Assembly (NCBI GenBank): GCA_965644265.1
Contig: OZ286470.1
Coordinates: 62,434,001 to 62,498,000 of the forward strand
Direction: 5' to 3'
Source of the DNA: Glycera tridactyla
Lineage: Eukaryota
DNA length: 64,000 nucleotides
The notes below the pieces were generated by a model. That model worked only from the letters and a program-made list of their open reading frames with translations. It made no database searches and was not told where the DNA came from. This document shows positions 1 through 15,039 of this stretch, one piece after another. Numbering within the stretch: the first letter of the stretch is position 1; every line of letters begins with the position of its first letter. Position numbers and translations under genes: made by a program.

Positions 1-1479
1 ATGCTACAGTCTGAGTGAGACATTCAGAAAATCAAACAGTAGTTAGATACATCAAGTGCTGTGAATACCATCCAAACCATATTCACACTTGTGCGTATAT
101 GTAGTGACAAGACGTGCATGACAAACGACAATTTATTACCCGAAATAGTGAGAAACACTCACACGAATAAATCATCTTGATGGTTCTCCAGCACTTTTGT
201 CTGTTTTTTGCTGTATCCACCCACGCGGAACCATAATCATTCAGTGGTTCGGAACCACAGCGACTTCTAATTACAGGTCCGCAGCAAAATTTGCTGTATT
301 GTGTTTCTAATGCAGTGTGGTTCCTGCGAGTAAACACCACCTTTGGGATGACCCACGATCCAAACCACAACTAGGGTGTAAGGCCCCTTAAGGCATCAAT
401 GATCAGCTCCAATGCACCCTGAACACAAATGGTGTTATGTTCATCAGTGCTTGACATACCAAACCATGGCATCAGAAAATGGTCATTCAAACTTAGTATG
501 GTACATGATGTCAGTTATAATTCTACAGCAGTGCTTGATTTTTACGATTCTTATTTGGTTACCACTGATGGAGGAGTGGATTATTTTTATATCTTCATGA
601 ATGTTTTGACTGCTTCCATGGAACATTGGTCAAGGATATCTCAACCCAAAATCCAATTTTCCTGGCTGATTTACCCCGAAGTGTCACTGTCCCAGCAAAA
701 TTTCCCCAGAGTTTGCAACTTAAAACTACATCTTAGGAATAGCCAGCAGTTCAATCACAATGAAATCATTGAAAACCTTGTCTTGAACCAAGATGACACC
801 TTGTATGAATTGATGAGAAGATGTTACAATCACAGGTTGTGATTTCAGAAAGAAACCACAGGATGTCTGAAGAATAACTTGTAATCGCTAACCTCTCATG
901 ACCCCAAATCAGTGGTGCAGACATTTCAAGAGGAAATTACACCTCATTCTGCCCTTCATTGATTGAGATTCATCCAGATGTCATAAGGTACAATAGAGAT
1001 AGATATATGATGAATATTACTTGCTTGGTTACGAGATTTGAATCTTGCTTAGAGAGCACACACATGCATGCATGCACATGATGCTCGCTTTTGAAGTGAA
1101 TGCATGAGGCATGCTAATTTTCAGATTTACGGCGACAGACTTCTGGGATAGATGACCTCAGAGGGGACTTCCATGGTGACCTGTGCCCCAAAGTTGAAGA
1201 ACGGACGTCTGCGGGAGCAGAAACATTTGACCTTCATAGCGTGATGTGGCTGCCACCAGTCTTTCACAGTAATCACAAACCTGCTGCTGCTGAACCTTCT
1301 GTGTACTTGCTCTCATAGCTGCAAGAATTTCTCATATTATGATCTATCCACTAACCCTGGAAGAGGGTAGGGAAGGCAACCATATTTTGATAGCATACTC
1401 TTTGCTGTGCACATGCAAGTTTGAATGCATGTGTAGTTCAAACTTTTGATCAAAGTTTGTACTGTCAGATCTGCCTTTA

Positions 1480-1585
1480 TTTGTATCAAAAAGTAGGCAG
1501 GTGGCCTTTGTAGAGAGGTTGATTACTGTGGAAAATACTATCATGCTAATTTCAGGCAGGTGGCCTTTGTACAGAGGTGGTCCCT
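1480..1585. mobile_element. Degenerate MITE fragment
   Basis: Two gcaggtggcctttgta motifs flanking tactgtggaaaatactatc, as in subfamily A. Confidence 0.55.
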
Positions 1586-2480
1586 TGGGCAGGATCAACT
1601 CTGCCCATGAGTTCAATCCATACTTACGACTACATCCCTAAATCCAGACATATGATGGATAAAAGATTCATAACCACTGTAAAACCATATGGATGCTATA
1701 TTTGGCTTCTCAAAGAGTAAGATGGAATCAGTGCGATTACAGCATATTTTTCCAATCAGGGAAGGTGAGATCAGATTGGTTCTCTCCATTAAACATACAC
1801 ACCCAAATAGATTCTTTATTGCCTGGATAATTGCAGGTAGTTGAGTTGCTGATACATATCTACACGGTGCGTACAATGGTCAACGCCAAACTGGACAATG
1901 GTCAAAGTCGTCAAAGGTAAGTAGACCCACTGGCGATGATTTATAGCAAGATATTGTGCTCAAAGGAATCTCATCATCATTATAACAGCCATCCGTATGA
2001 ACTCAGAGCAGGATTGTCGCTAACAATATTTGTCCAACTCACTTTAATGCCAAGCTTTTGTAGCAATATTGCCCCTGGTGTATAGATAGATTACCGAGTT
2101 AATCGGCTCTGATGTCAACACTTCTAGATCACTTAAGCCACTATTGGTGAATGATTTGAAGGATAGTTTGTCCCTCAGTGAGTCGAAGGGCTTCTTGTTT
2201 GGGTTTCATCAGTATATATATATATAAATATAAATCAATCTATAGGCTGGTGAGCCATTACCAGCAATAAGCTGGTGTTCTTTCTAGATTTGTTTAGCAA
2301 ATATACCTGCGACTGGCAAGAACCTGATACTACATCCACATCAACAACAGAAATGTACACTGTAGTCGGTTCCGTACGACTCAAAGCTTCTGGGCACAAC
2401 CAGAGGGGACCAATCACTGCCTTTGGCAGCTTCAGATCCTTGTTATATAATCAATGACACTTTTGGTTGAGTACATTGGG

Positions 2481-3024
2481 TAGGGCCAGTCATTTACTGC
2501 AATGCGGAAATTCCATGCGGATTCGCGGAATTGACCTAATAATACGGAATTCACCAATATGTGCAGAATTTCGGGGAAAGAAGCTTTTCTGCTGAACATT
2601 TTGGTGCGTAGAATGGTAAAATCGGCCCAATATCAGCGGAGATATGGCACAAACTGTCACATTTCAGGGATAGAATGGAATTTTGTGGATTTTTTAAGAT
2701 TTAATGAAAAAATGCAGAAATGGGCTTTTTCAATATGGAATTGACCCTAATATCGATGCAGTAAACATTCAGCTCTGATCATTGCAATCACAGAAAATAT
2801 CTCCATAACTGATATATTAGATCAAGGCTATCTTCAGTGATGTCAGGAATGGTGTTAATTGATGTAAGGTGGCTGAAAGTGCAATGAGAAATCAACTGGA
2901 TCTAAGATTTGAAAGAGTAAATGGGATTTTGTGGAATTTTGACGATAAAATGGAAAAACGCAGAAATGGACTTCTTTTAATGCGGAATTGACCCTTGCAT
3001 TAACGCAGTAAACATCCAGCTCTA
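2481..3024. mobile_element. Non-autonomous TIR (hAT-like) element with duplicated 3' end
   Basis: Imperfect TIRs tagggccagtcatttactgc / gcagtaaacatccagctcta, several gcggaa subterminal repeats, and ATTGGG directly flanking both ends. Confidence 0.6.
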
Positions 3025-4050
3025 ATTGGGTCTGCAGCTAATCTGAAACATTGACATTAGTCATCCTGGAAGGCTTTTGGGTCAGATAAATATTTCATTG
3101 CAGCATGCAGCCCTCCTTGTTGATTTCAAATTCAAATGAGTTCATAATTCTTTTCCTTGTCTGTGTATTGTTGAAAGTAGATTTCAACCAGACATTTAGA
3201 GATGAACTTGCTTTGGGCACCACCCCCAACACTCAGTGCGATGAAATCATTTTCTGGACTTTTACATCAAACCAGAAATTCTGCCAACTCCGTCCAATTC
3301 TGCACTCAACATCCCCGGATAGCAAACAAGGCGGCTGCGGAAATAGCCCAGGTTGGTGTACCTATGCCACGTCTCAACCACAAATACCACTATTGTTGTC
3401 CACAAAGTCGCGACTGTGAGTATGTTTTATATTCGGCCAGCCAGTCAATCCTAATCGCTGTGGTGTTTTATATAATCTGATACATGTTACCATTCCAGAT
3501 GTTTGATGTATTACTTATGAGCTTTTTATCGCCACATCATTATTACACTCTCATACATTGTGTTTTTAATGGAGTATGGTTGAAGTTTAATCATCTGAAA
3601 ACAAAGAACAAGCAGCAAAAGACCTTTTAACCTCTTAAAAAGGATATGTCTGCAACTCATGCCCAGTCCATGCCAATGGATCCATGATGGTACATGTGCC
3701 TGATTTCAGTGGGTAAATCAAGTGGGTATTATAAGAGTTGAAGTGCCATACATCTGATGTGTTGAAGGTAGGCCAAAGATGTACAGACCTTCTCAATATT
3801 TGTGGTCCGAGGTCCACAACCCCACCTTTGGCATTTTTGGTCCATACATATCTTATATCATGGATTAACAGGGACAGCTTTTTCAAACCAGTTGACCAGT
3901 GGTCAATAAAGATGGCCAATCAACCTTTGATATGGCCCATGATATTTTCAGTTAATGGACCACAGGGGCTGACCAACATATCAGGAAATCTAACACATCA
4001 GGAAATCTGAAGGTCTAGATGTGAATTATCCTACAGTAGATAATCAGATA

Positions 4051-4152
4051 CAGTGAAACATGCTATAGTGAAATCCTGTCCACAGTGAAATCCTGTCTAG
4101 AGTGAAAAGAAAAATCTGGCCCGTGACTTTTCACTATAGACAGGTTTTACTG
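4051..4152. mobile_element. Internally deleted, reverse-oriented subfamily C MITE
   Basis: TA|cagtgaaacatgc ... cccgtgacttttcactatagacaggttttactg|TA; the right end is the reverse complement of the left end of 59496-59672. Confidence 0.75.
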
Positions 4153-4678
4153 TATATATATCAACCATGAAAATGTTGTATATGAAGCAAAATCCATAAG
4201 AAAGTAAGTCAAATGCCATATATGGTATATAGTACATAGAAATACAGGCAAATCAGTATCTTATTTCTAGATTGCAGCATGAGCAGTTATCCAAAGCTCA
4301 GTAGAGTCCAAGACCCAATGAATAATATGTGGATCATACTAAACTTTCCAATCATTGGTGAACTGAATGCAGAACAACCAGACAACAATCTCTAATCAGG
4401 TGTGCTTCCCCTCCCCCACAATCGTCACTCACTTTCACCTTCGATGGAGATATCTGATCAAAAATGTTACTCGTTACTGACATTTACAAGAAACTTATTC
4501 AGGTTGCCAGAGACATGATGGCCTGCACAACATATAATTTACAACCAAAGAAAGTTCAAGAGGCATCACCTCCTAGCAATTTTGGTTGCAACATATTCTC
4601 ACACCATGACAGCTACCAGATTAACAGACTCTGCTGGCTAACTAGTGTCAAGTTGTGATCAACCATGTCTTGCATATA

Positions 4679-4856
4679 CAGTTGAACCTGTCTATAAAGA
4701 CCGCCTTCGGTCGCATAAAAAAGCGGTCTTTATGGGCAGGTGGTCTTTATAGAGAGGTCATCTACTGTTGAAAATACTATCACGGTCGCACCTCAGGGCG
4801 GTCTTTATAGGCAGGTGGTCTTTATAGAGAGGTGGTCTTTAGAGCAGGTTCGACTG
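4679..4856. mobile_element. Tc1/mariner-type MITE, subfamily A (intact)
   Basis: TA|cagttgaacctgtctataaagacc ... ggtctttagagcaggttcgactg|TA: terminal inverted repeats, TA target duplication, internal ~17-bp ggtggtctttatag repeats, no ORF. Confidence 0.85.
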
Positions 4857-7800
4857 TACCTCTAATGTCATGACTTACTTTGAAAGACAACTTTCTGCTG
4901 ATGTTCAAATTAGGCTCTCATTGCATGCTCACTCTCACTAAAATGATATGTTGAAAATAATTCATATGTAAAGTTCCATCCCTTCCAATGCATGCAGTCG
5001 TTAGGCTTTTACCAGCCAAATCAAGACTGGAACCAATAACCATGAAGGAGTATCTATAGAAAATCACAATATGCAGCATGGTAGAATATACAATTAACTA
5101 TATCACCAATACACAGACCATAGCAGCAACCATACAAACTAGTGATGCCACAGAACAGAACATATACAAATATCAATCACTGTGCAAGGTTGGAGTTTGG
5201 AAAATAAGTTGAAAGTGCAACCAACTCAGAACTGGAAATGGAAAATGCGGAATAATCTAAAAAGCACATGAGTTCATGAGTCACAGCAGCTGTGCATGTT
5301 AATGCATTTCTGTATTCTGCTATCCCTGCCAGGCATACGCATGATGTGATGCAAAACTTCAATATTTGCTACATTTTTTCTGCACAACGTCAAGAAAGAA
5401 TTCAAGTGGATCTCTCCATTTCTTACCCCTGGATGATCAAATGTGATCGATTACACCTGTGAGCATTTTTTGAGAAAATGGGGGAGAAAATCGATCATCA
5501 TCCAGGCATGTGTTTGGCGACCGGCTATTGTGAAGAGCATGTGTCATGACGCCCATAAAAGGGGAGATGAGCTCTGCTATCATTGCACCTGTACATGCAA
5601 ACCATGTCCTGTTTCATTGCTCCTCAGGGATACACTGATCAGATCAAGTTCCAACACCTTATCCAGGGTGAAAAATCACTCACAATGTGTTATGTATATG
5701 GCAGATGATCTCTGGTAATAGAAATCAATTCCCGATATACTGTATGCTGAATGATTCTTGAGAACATCCAGAGAATTGGTGGTAGCCAAGACCAGATCTG
5801 GTCTCTGATGTATGCTACCTCTTGCCAATCAAAGTAAACCTTCTATCATTGTGTCATTAGATAATCTGGTATGTTCCATAGTGTGTTCCACAGTGAAATC
5901 CACCGAGACTGGTCACACTAGACCCAATCAGCAACATACATTGACATTTGTGAGAGAATCCATCAATTTGTTGAGGATCACATCAAATTTGAAGAGTGTT
6001 GATCGTTATATGGTTATATGAAAAAAACATGGTAATTTTGGCGCTTCCCAGGTCTCTGCTGACAGTGATCAATTCATATATCTCACCATCCCATGAAAGA
6101 AGGGGGGTCCTCCTCTCCTTTCATGACCATCCAAGCAAAATTGTTACTATTTCTATTACAGATGAAACAACTACTCAAAACAAAGTGATAGAAGCAGTCT
6201 CAATTAGCAACATCATATAGAAACTTTGGCATGAAAGGATTTTTTAGCGAGATCCTGCAACATCATGGAGGGATAAGTGTTAGCCTGACAGATCCATCAC
6301 TGATGTGTTTTTTTCTGCCTGTGCACCTGATAACCCGGCGGCTTGTGTCATGCATGCCATGTGTCGCTTTGTGAAGGATTACTGATGACGATCTAAACCA
6401 CAACACCACAAACTGCCATCTTGTGGTAACCCATCACAAGGAGCATCACTGAATATCCCCTCTCTCTAATTCCATACCTATTCTCTCAAATCAGATTGAA
6501 GGTTAAAATCATTTTAGCTTCTGGTCAGAATATGATGATGAAATACTGGACTCATTCGATTAGCTAATTACCTGAGAGGTCTTGGCCCATTCATATTGTG
6601 TACCAGATGTCAGAGCCATCTTTGAGTTATACCAAAAGTGCCAGCAAACATCTTTTCTTTTTGCTGACACACCTATGAGTAATGATCTGTATCTAATCCA
6701 TTCACACCACCTAAATCAAGTTCCTGTATGTTCATATCACTTCATCAAATTCCCAGATCATGCTGGTGATCTATTCATTTCAAGTTCTCACGGCCCAAAT
6801 TTTCGGTGATATAACCACACGGAGGGCAACCAATCAGATAATTAGTCTAGTGATATTAGTCTAGTGATATTTTGTCTTTCAAGTAAAACTGGCTAAGATT
6901 CAGAATTCTGGCTTGAATCCAATATAATAGGAAGTGTGAACATCAAAATCTGATGATGGTGAATTCTGGGTCATTCCACTGCCCATAAACATGAGTGTTG
7001 GATTGAGGAAACAACAACATGGATGGAATGTGATGCGCTCATGAATGGGTTCAAGTGTGAACAATGTAATAAGGACATCAATAGCACACATGGAGTTGTC
7101 TAATGGGAGTTTTGCATGCTAGCATCGTGAGTGCATTCGCATGTACGGAGACAGACGCGGTGCAGAGTGATCCAACTCCCATAAACTAGTCTCACAACAT
7201 TACAACCCCATGCTGGAATTGCCAACTTTGAACAGACCAAAGTTCTGAACAAAATTCTCCACACCTCACTGCTCATGCCATTTTTCACTCATGGTTTTCT
7301 CCCTACATTCCACAGTGTTAGCTCTCGATATGTATGTATTGGAAATGACATTTGTGCCATCTTTTCTGAGCAATTATTGTAGTCACCTTATATCTGCTCG
7401 TCCACTCATCTATCAACCCTGAAAACCCAACCTGAGACACTCTTCAGGAAAATCTTGTGGACCAAGAACTCCCAACAACTGTTCACTAATGTCTACTATA
7501 ACTCCATACAGCCCCTCGTTCATCTCCACTGATTCTGGCTTCAAGATATACCCAACTTAAAGTAATATAGAAATCTTTCAATAAATATTCTACATGAATG
7601 ATTCGAGGTACACTTAGAATGGGGGAAAAGTACCAGTGACAAACATGTAAATAGAATGCGAAGATGAATGGTTTTGGCAGAGCAAACATAGTGAAGTTCC
7701 TCTCGAGACCTGCAGGTCATGTCTACACACTGTCACAAGGAACCCTCGTTTTGCTCCGGGGATGACAATACAGCCATTCAATTGGGCTCGAAAACAGGTG

Positions 7801-7857
7801 AAAGTACAGAGTTCACATGCTCTTTAAATTGGTGTAAATATATTCACACCTGTATAT

Positions 7858-8010
7858 AGTTAAGCCTGTCTACAAAAGGGCATCATTGCAAACATGAGAT
7901 GTAATTTTATAGGCAGACTTCCTTTGTACTAAGGTGGTTTATAGTGTGAACCACTACCGGAACAACTTAAAAAGTGACCTTTGTGAGGTGGCCTTCATGA
8001 AAAGGTTGCC
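7858..8010. mobile_element. Degenerate MITE
   Basis: agttaagcctgtctacaaaagg left-end-like sequence and gaggtggcctt internal motif. Confidence 0.45.
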
Positions 8011-9835
8011 TTCCGAGAATCTTCATCTGTAACTGGCACAATCTACAAATATTGTAATCCAGGGATTTTGTCCAGGACTGAGTGGACCTAGAGCTCATTT
8101 ATTGGAGTAGGTCCCTATGTAGTTGAAGGAATGACTCATAGGATAGCCTCCTGGATCCTGGGGTGGTTCCTTCTTCCCAGGTCACATGACTGCCCTGCAA
8201 ACCTGCAGGCAGTCCGTCTCAGCTGACTGCCAACAATGTTTCAATGCTCACAGTGCATTGCATGCCTCACAGCCATCTGCGGTATATGTCCCGAGCTTTT
8301 ACAAGGTTCACCATGGCTCGTAAGAAACAAATGAAACCGCCGTAAAAGTGGTAAACTGGTCACCGCTATAGTAACAATCACTGGCATCAATTCAATTACA
8401 AGTACATCAACTTAGCATGCATTCACAAAATTCACCCCAGTACATTAACTTGGCATTCATTTGAGAAAATACCTGCAGTCTACATTGAGTAATTCACACT
8501 CAAAGAATTAGTAGAATAACAGATGAATTTTACTGGAATGGAATGGTCTATGAGATGCTAGAGTTGGTTATACTACCCCAGATATTGCATTCATTCAGCC
8601 AAAACACAGGAGAGTACAGAACGGCACTTCTTCCCCGACCTGCAGTGGCCATTATCCAGTAGCCTGATACATGTAAAACTTTGAACCAAAACCCTAATGC
8701 CTACATTCAAGTAAATGAGCACTGCGAAATATTGGTGAGGCCCAGGGATGTACATTTATAATTGTGATTTTTTTTGTAGAACCATTGCTATCCTGATATA
8801 TTACCATCAATTTCACTGATCCGTGAACTGTATTCACATTTCAATGGTGAAAAAACTAACAAGTGGAGTCCAATTAACAGTCATACATTAATCCATTCAA
8901 CATAACGGCCATGTACATACCTACGGATGCAAGGCAATTTGCTATACAAGAATGTACGTCCTTCATACTTTCAACTTTATGACCATTTTCTTTCTTTTGG
9001 CGTATCCAGCATATCCCTACACTTGACCTACTGCTTTGGAGAGATGACAAGATTTATTTTTGTAAGTACGGCAAAAGATGGTCATAAAGATATTCAACAC
9101 ACAGCATTCTCACAATGTTTTTAGAGTGACTTGTACATAGAAATGTACTCTCCCAGCAGGATTCATTAGAGAAGCTGTTTTACAGATCTGGATGAAATTC
9201 GGAGAAAAAGTTGATGTTGTTTGCAATAACAAGACTGGCAGTTCTTTCAACTGAACATGTTTAACAACACTGATGCTAATTGTTAATGTAGATATTCATG
9301 ATATATTGACCAAATACAGTCAACTCGATACATAAACATACTTCCAAGAATCCATGGTTAACAAACATCTTTATCACAGATACCATAAAAAGCTACTTTC
9401 GAACATATTTTTTGAACTCCTTTCATTCAGGTTTACAACCGAGTGACGAGGATTTACCGCAAACCAAATTTGATGTCCTCACCCTTCAAACTCACACCTG
9501 AAGCACTCCAGCACCTGGAGGCACTCAGCTGGAACCATACATGTGTCAAATTATAGAAATTCCTCAAGATTTTTAGTTTCTGTCAGTATGTGCACATCTC
9601 TACGAATCACTCAAGTGATACTAGGTCATCAGTTGTGGAAACATAATTCAGTATTGATGAGTGTAAACACAGAGATGACTTCCTGAATCCTCAAGTGGTC
9701 CTAAATCTTTGTTACTTCACGATTACTTTATAACACCATAAATGTACCCTATTTCCTTCACAGTGTTCAGGAGGGAAATAGGTTTGCCATTCAGGAGAAA
9801 ATGGAATGAAGGAATTCTCCTTCAATGTCATGTAG

Positions 9836-9950
9836 AGTCAAACCTGCCCGAGAGACCATCTCTCTACAAAAGGCCACCTGCCTATAAAGACCACCCTGAT
9901 CTGTGACTGTGAGAGTATTTCCTATAGTAGAAGACATCTCTACAAAATGG
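9836..9950. mobile_element. MITE fragment
   Basis: gagtcaaacctgcccgagagacc ... aggccacctgcctataaagaccaccc, the reverse-orientation family motifs. Confidence 0.6.
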
Positions 9951-11349
9951 GATCTGAATTCTTCTTACATGAGTAATTATTTCACTCACATTGACAGTTT
10001 TGACAGCAGTCAGCCGTCTTCCTCACAACTCTCTGCCGCTGGTTTAGAAGAATTGAGCTCCGATTATCATCAGACGAGCCAGATGATAACCTTCAACGAC
10101 CTCTCTACAGGGACCACTTTTGTTATACAAACATGGTTGGTCTTAGTGGACAGCTCTGACTGCATTGAAATTAATTTACAGTTTACAATAGTTAACTAAA
10201 TGCTGGACCTACATCTGTCATCAATGGAGTCTGAATTCTCTCCCTCCCACATATAATAAAGAAAAAAATATGATAAAAGTATCCTTATAAATTCTGATCA
10301 TAGTGGAACAAAAATGATCAAAACAATCTGTCAAGTAATCCTTGTTTACATGATGTTTAACTTGATCAAGATGCCTGGTAGATTTCACTGCGGGGCCAAT
10401 CAATTGAATTCAAATACAATCCTTTCTAATAGTCTAATACTACATCAGAGTCAGGTAAAGTTGATCAAGCAATGTTTGATGGCTTGTTATCAAGCCAAGC
10501 TGAATATTGAGACAATCAGCTGAGACTCATATGGGTGATAATGAGTCAAGTACTGCTGGCTGCCACTAGGATGCAAATTAACAATTGTTCTAGTCAGAGG
10601 GATCATCTGATTTACATGGGTCACCAGTCATAAAATCATAGGGGCAGCCCCCATCTGTCATTATGGAAAGCATTGTCATGACCACATGAGGGAATAGGGG
10701 GTAGCAACTGGTCTACTCAAGACAGGAATGTGTTTGTTATGAGAGTAATAGCCACGTAGCTTCTAATCAGAGCAGCACCCTGTAATATGTCATGCTCTCG
10801 AGCCACAGGGTCTGACCAACCCATCATAATTCTGAGCTCATTCTTAATCCTGAAAATGCTTCTTAGGTTGAGATATAGAGAAACTTCCAGGACTCTTGAA
10901 CGATAAGAAATGATGAGTGTTTTTTTTCGTATATGATGGCAACTGGAAGACTCAGATTGGGGTTGTGGGTTGCAAATATTGAGAAGAATTACTGTCACCA
11001 CCTGAATTTTGGGTAAAGATAGAGAAGACAGTTGTGAATCCACATTGAACGCCTGATAGAACTCCAGGAAGTGTGCAATGGGAAAATCTCGAGCCAAAAA
11101 TAAACAAAGAGAAGTTGGTGTGGAGCCAGAACAAGCTCATTTTTGTTTAGTGAATGCTTCGGGTTGCAAACCTGAGAGATGATACAAGCGAATGAGTGGA
11201 TGTTCTGGCTGGAGCTCATTTCTAGATTGATGGGTCAGTCATCTGTTGACATTACTTGTGTACATTAGAGGTGAATTATGGATGAGCAGGTGAAGCAAAT
11301 TACCACAAAATATTAATCATCATTAATCAAAATCACATGAAAAACACCA

Positions 11350-11450
11350 GTGCTCTATGGGGAGTTGGGTGTGCTCATGGGTTGTTTATTCAGCAGGGAT
11401 TTTGTAAGTGCTTTGGGTAGCGCAGTGCATAAGAACAATTACTCCTACTA
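11350..11450 (+). mobile_element. SINE 3' tail fragment (L2-like tail)
   Basis: ggggagttgg ... tgtaagtgctttggg ... gcataagaac resembles the GTAAAGCGCTTTG..GCTATATAAG type of 3' end. Confidence 0.4.
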
Positions 11451-13052
11451 GAGTAAAACTTGTCCTAAGCAAGACTTGTACAGGGTCAGAATTTGATGTG
11501 TAATTCAAATGTACCATTGGTCAGTAAGTGTCCTCTAAAACATCCCAAATGTACAGCATCTATATAGTCCAATTTCTTCATAACCACCCAAGGCTTTCCA
11601 AAATTGAATACGTGTGATCATGATGAACTGCTTGAGATTCAAATCTTTAGCAAAATCAAACTGATATGAGGCTAGGTAACACGGGTGAAATATGTCAGTT
11701 GACAAGGTGAGCTCACAGCTGTAATTGTGGTTGAGTTACGTGCAGGTTTGTATATTTGCACTCAAATAACAGCATTCAGGCATTCATACCCAGTTATCAA
11801 TATTAATTCAATGACCACTTGGTCTCAGACTGCTAAGCTCAAGTACCAGACTAAACCACTCAATCAACAGTGTCTCCATTCAAGTCAGACTGGCCATATG
11901 CCAGACATAACTACTTGATGATGAAATATATGCATGTTAGGGGAATACACAATGGCTATCTCAAGTGAGGATTGCACAAGGGTCATGGAACGGAGAGAGA
12001 AAGTTTGAGAAGTGTGACGGGCAAGCTGGAGGACCTTCTGTATGGGGAGGTCATTATATTCACCACTTTCGAAGTGTAACTGTCATGAATTGTTGGGGTA
12101 AATGTATGACCTATCAGTTGTTAGCAAATCAAACTTGAGTGTACTACATTTTGTTGGGGAATACTACCATGCATATATATATACACACCAATTTCACTCC
12201 AAGCATGTTCTTTACTAATGCTTGTCTTTTCCATCATGGACGCCCAAATTATTGGGTGAATGTGAACATTATATGAAATGTTCTCATCCTTATTCTTTTA
12301 GTATATCCTGAAAGCTCCCAGAGAACCATCCATTTGTTTCCTCAGCTGGTGGCAAATACGAAAACATCATCACATGAGCTGATGACTAAGTTTGAGCAGT
12401 TATTCGGTAGATTGGTCTAGTTCCCTCAAAAACTGAATGAATGCTCCTCAATTGGTCTTTCACTCCAGAGATATCTATCATGTGTGACTATTGTTGAAAT
12501 AAGCATACAGAGTATTGTCCACATGTGGGACTCCAGAGACCTCAGCTTCAGAAATCGGGCAAGAGCCATGTGCAACACAACACTGATCTCTATACAAGCT
12601 GGCTGATCATCATGACAACCACTTGAGATTCAAACTGAATCCTCACACATAGTGGTTGAGATTACATCAGACGATTAACACCCGAGGGCGTCAAGGAGGG
12701 TGGCCATCACTGGAGGTGGGGTCTTTACCCCGTTGATGACCTGATGACATGAACCTGTTTCATACAGATACAAATGAAACCATACCCAAAGGCGTCAGAC
12801 TTGATCAAGAAGCTTTCCAGTCAGTCTGCTCACTTAATCTGAATGTTCTTGCTACTCACTTAATCTGATGGTTCCAGCAAGTTTCATTCAAGTGACAAGT
12901 CGAAACCCACACACCATTTATTTCTACATATTAATTTTGTGATGTCATAATATACATTCATTCTGTATGTTTTTACAGAATGTTACCACTAGGATTCTAT
13001 CTTGTGCATTTGCAAGCACATTAATTAAACTATTGAGAGTATTTTCAAGTAC

Positions 13053-13211
13053 AGTCAAACCTGTCCTAAGCAGCCACCCTTCGGGAAGGAAAAAAGTGGC
13101 TGCTCAGGGCAGGTGGCTGCTTAGAGCAGGTTAATTATAGTTGAAAAACTCCCATTGGGAAATTCAAAAGTAGCTGCTTAGTACAGTGGCTGCCTAGGAC
13201 AGGTTAGACTG
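13053..13211. mobile_element. Tc1/mariner-type MITE, subfamily B (ggctgct core)
   Basis: TA|cagtcaaacctgtcctaagcagccac ... gtggctgcctaggacaggttagactg|TA; internal repeats read gtggctgct instead of gtggtcttt. Confidence 0.85.
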
Positions 13212-15039
13212 TATACCAGACTTGTCTTTTCCTGAAGACAAATCTTCAATTCTCCAGTCAACAAGCTTCAATATAAGAAATGTTGTAGAGATAAATTTCA
13301 TCATAAACTCTTCAGAGATTTTTGTTCAAGCATAGATTGACCAGGTTGAGTTGAGTTTGGTCATTATCAGGACTCTTAACAATTTCTTGGCAACGTCAGG
13401 TCATTTTAGCCAGGGGAAAATCAGGTCTCTCCATAATTTATTGCCCAGGCTGATCCTATCAGACACAAACACCTGAAGCACCTCGACGTCCCGCAATCAA
13501 CGCCAATACAGAATACATTACAGCTTGTTCACGCACCTAATTCGAATCTTACATGACAGCTTTTCAATTACTATCTGAATACAATCCTTGCCCTCATCCA
13601 ACTGCTGAAGTTTGAATGATCCAATTTCAATGAAACCCGCAGTCAGATGGATAATGAAACATACATAGTGATGCAATTGTTTTCAGGAATTTTCCCGATT
13701 AGGAAAATTCATCAAATAACTAGAATACACCAACATGTCCACAAAACAAAGCTAAATATTCTCAATCTTGCTTTTCCAAGTATTTGGACAAATTTCTGCA
13801 AAAAATTGCAGAAATCTCTTTTCAACGGTATATAATCGCAATCACTCAAGCAATCAATTCACAGCTCCTCATCATGAACTATGAACTCACAGTTCTGAAA
13901 AGAGTGGTAGAGAATCATGATAGAAATGAGTGTCTTTTTTAAAGTTCACATGGCTATGAAGTTTAACTGCAACTCCAACTCAGCACCTGTTTCCCATGCT
14001 GCTAATCATTGGCTAACTGAATACCATAAATTATGTACAACAACACTATTTGGCACTAAAGTCCAAATGAAAGCCATTGATAAGGCCAGTCAGATACATC
14101 TAATTTACAGATGTTTGATACCATAACAGTTCCTCAAGCTTCTCCATTCATTCATAATGCCATCGTAAATAACCAAAATTCAGGAGATGTGCAGAATATA
14201 AAGTGAGCCTAATGTCACCATAAAAATGTCTTCGATGTAATTTACATTGGATAGATTACAAGTATAATTTGCGAAAAACATCTTGGAATGTACAGACATT
14301 ATAAACCACACTTTAAGTATTGAAGAAGAACCCTGTGCTGGAGTGTTTCTAAATAATTATCAGTAATAAATGTTACTGGAATGCCTCCATATTGGAAACT
14401 GTTGAATGTTGATTCATTATCCAAGAATGGTTGGATTACCCTTACTAAACAGATATGGTGCAAGCACACTCATTCACGCACATGTGTACACACATTTACA
14501 AACACACAACACACACCTAAAATAACAACTGAACTGACACCATGAACATGAATCAAGTTGTGGAAATTAAACATATCCAAAATGTAGAGATAAAATGAAA
14601 ATAAAGAAGAAAATAGATGCAGAGGTTGATGGGTTTATTTTTTCTGCACTCAGGCCGTATTTTCAAAATGACCCTCGTTCTCATATGACCATCAGAGCAT
14701 CCTCCCCAATGAATACAACCACACAAAACAAGTGAAGAAAAACCATCTGACAGAAAACATGTTTGGAGACAGTCCATGATGGATCATGGGTGATGTGCAT
14801 CGTAATGAGGTGTGGGGTTACGCCACTCTCAAGCAAACTTCATGAGCATGGATTTACGACTCTCCAACACAGATAACTGCCAGTTACCATCATTTTTCAG
14901 GGCACACAAATCTTATTCACCATCACTTTTTGAATTCAATTAGAAAACAACACCTGAATTCTTCCACATGATTCGTTCCCATGTTGTAGAACTTCTTGCA
15001 TTCTGAATGGATAACCAAAGTTCTCATAGGATGTTGCTA

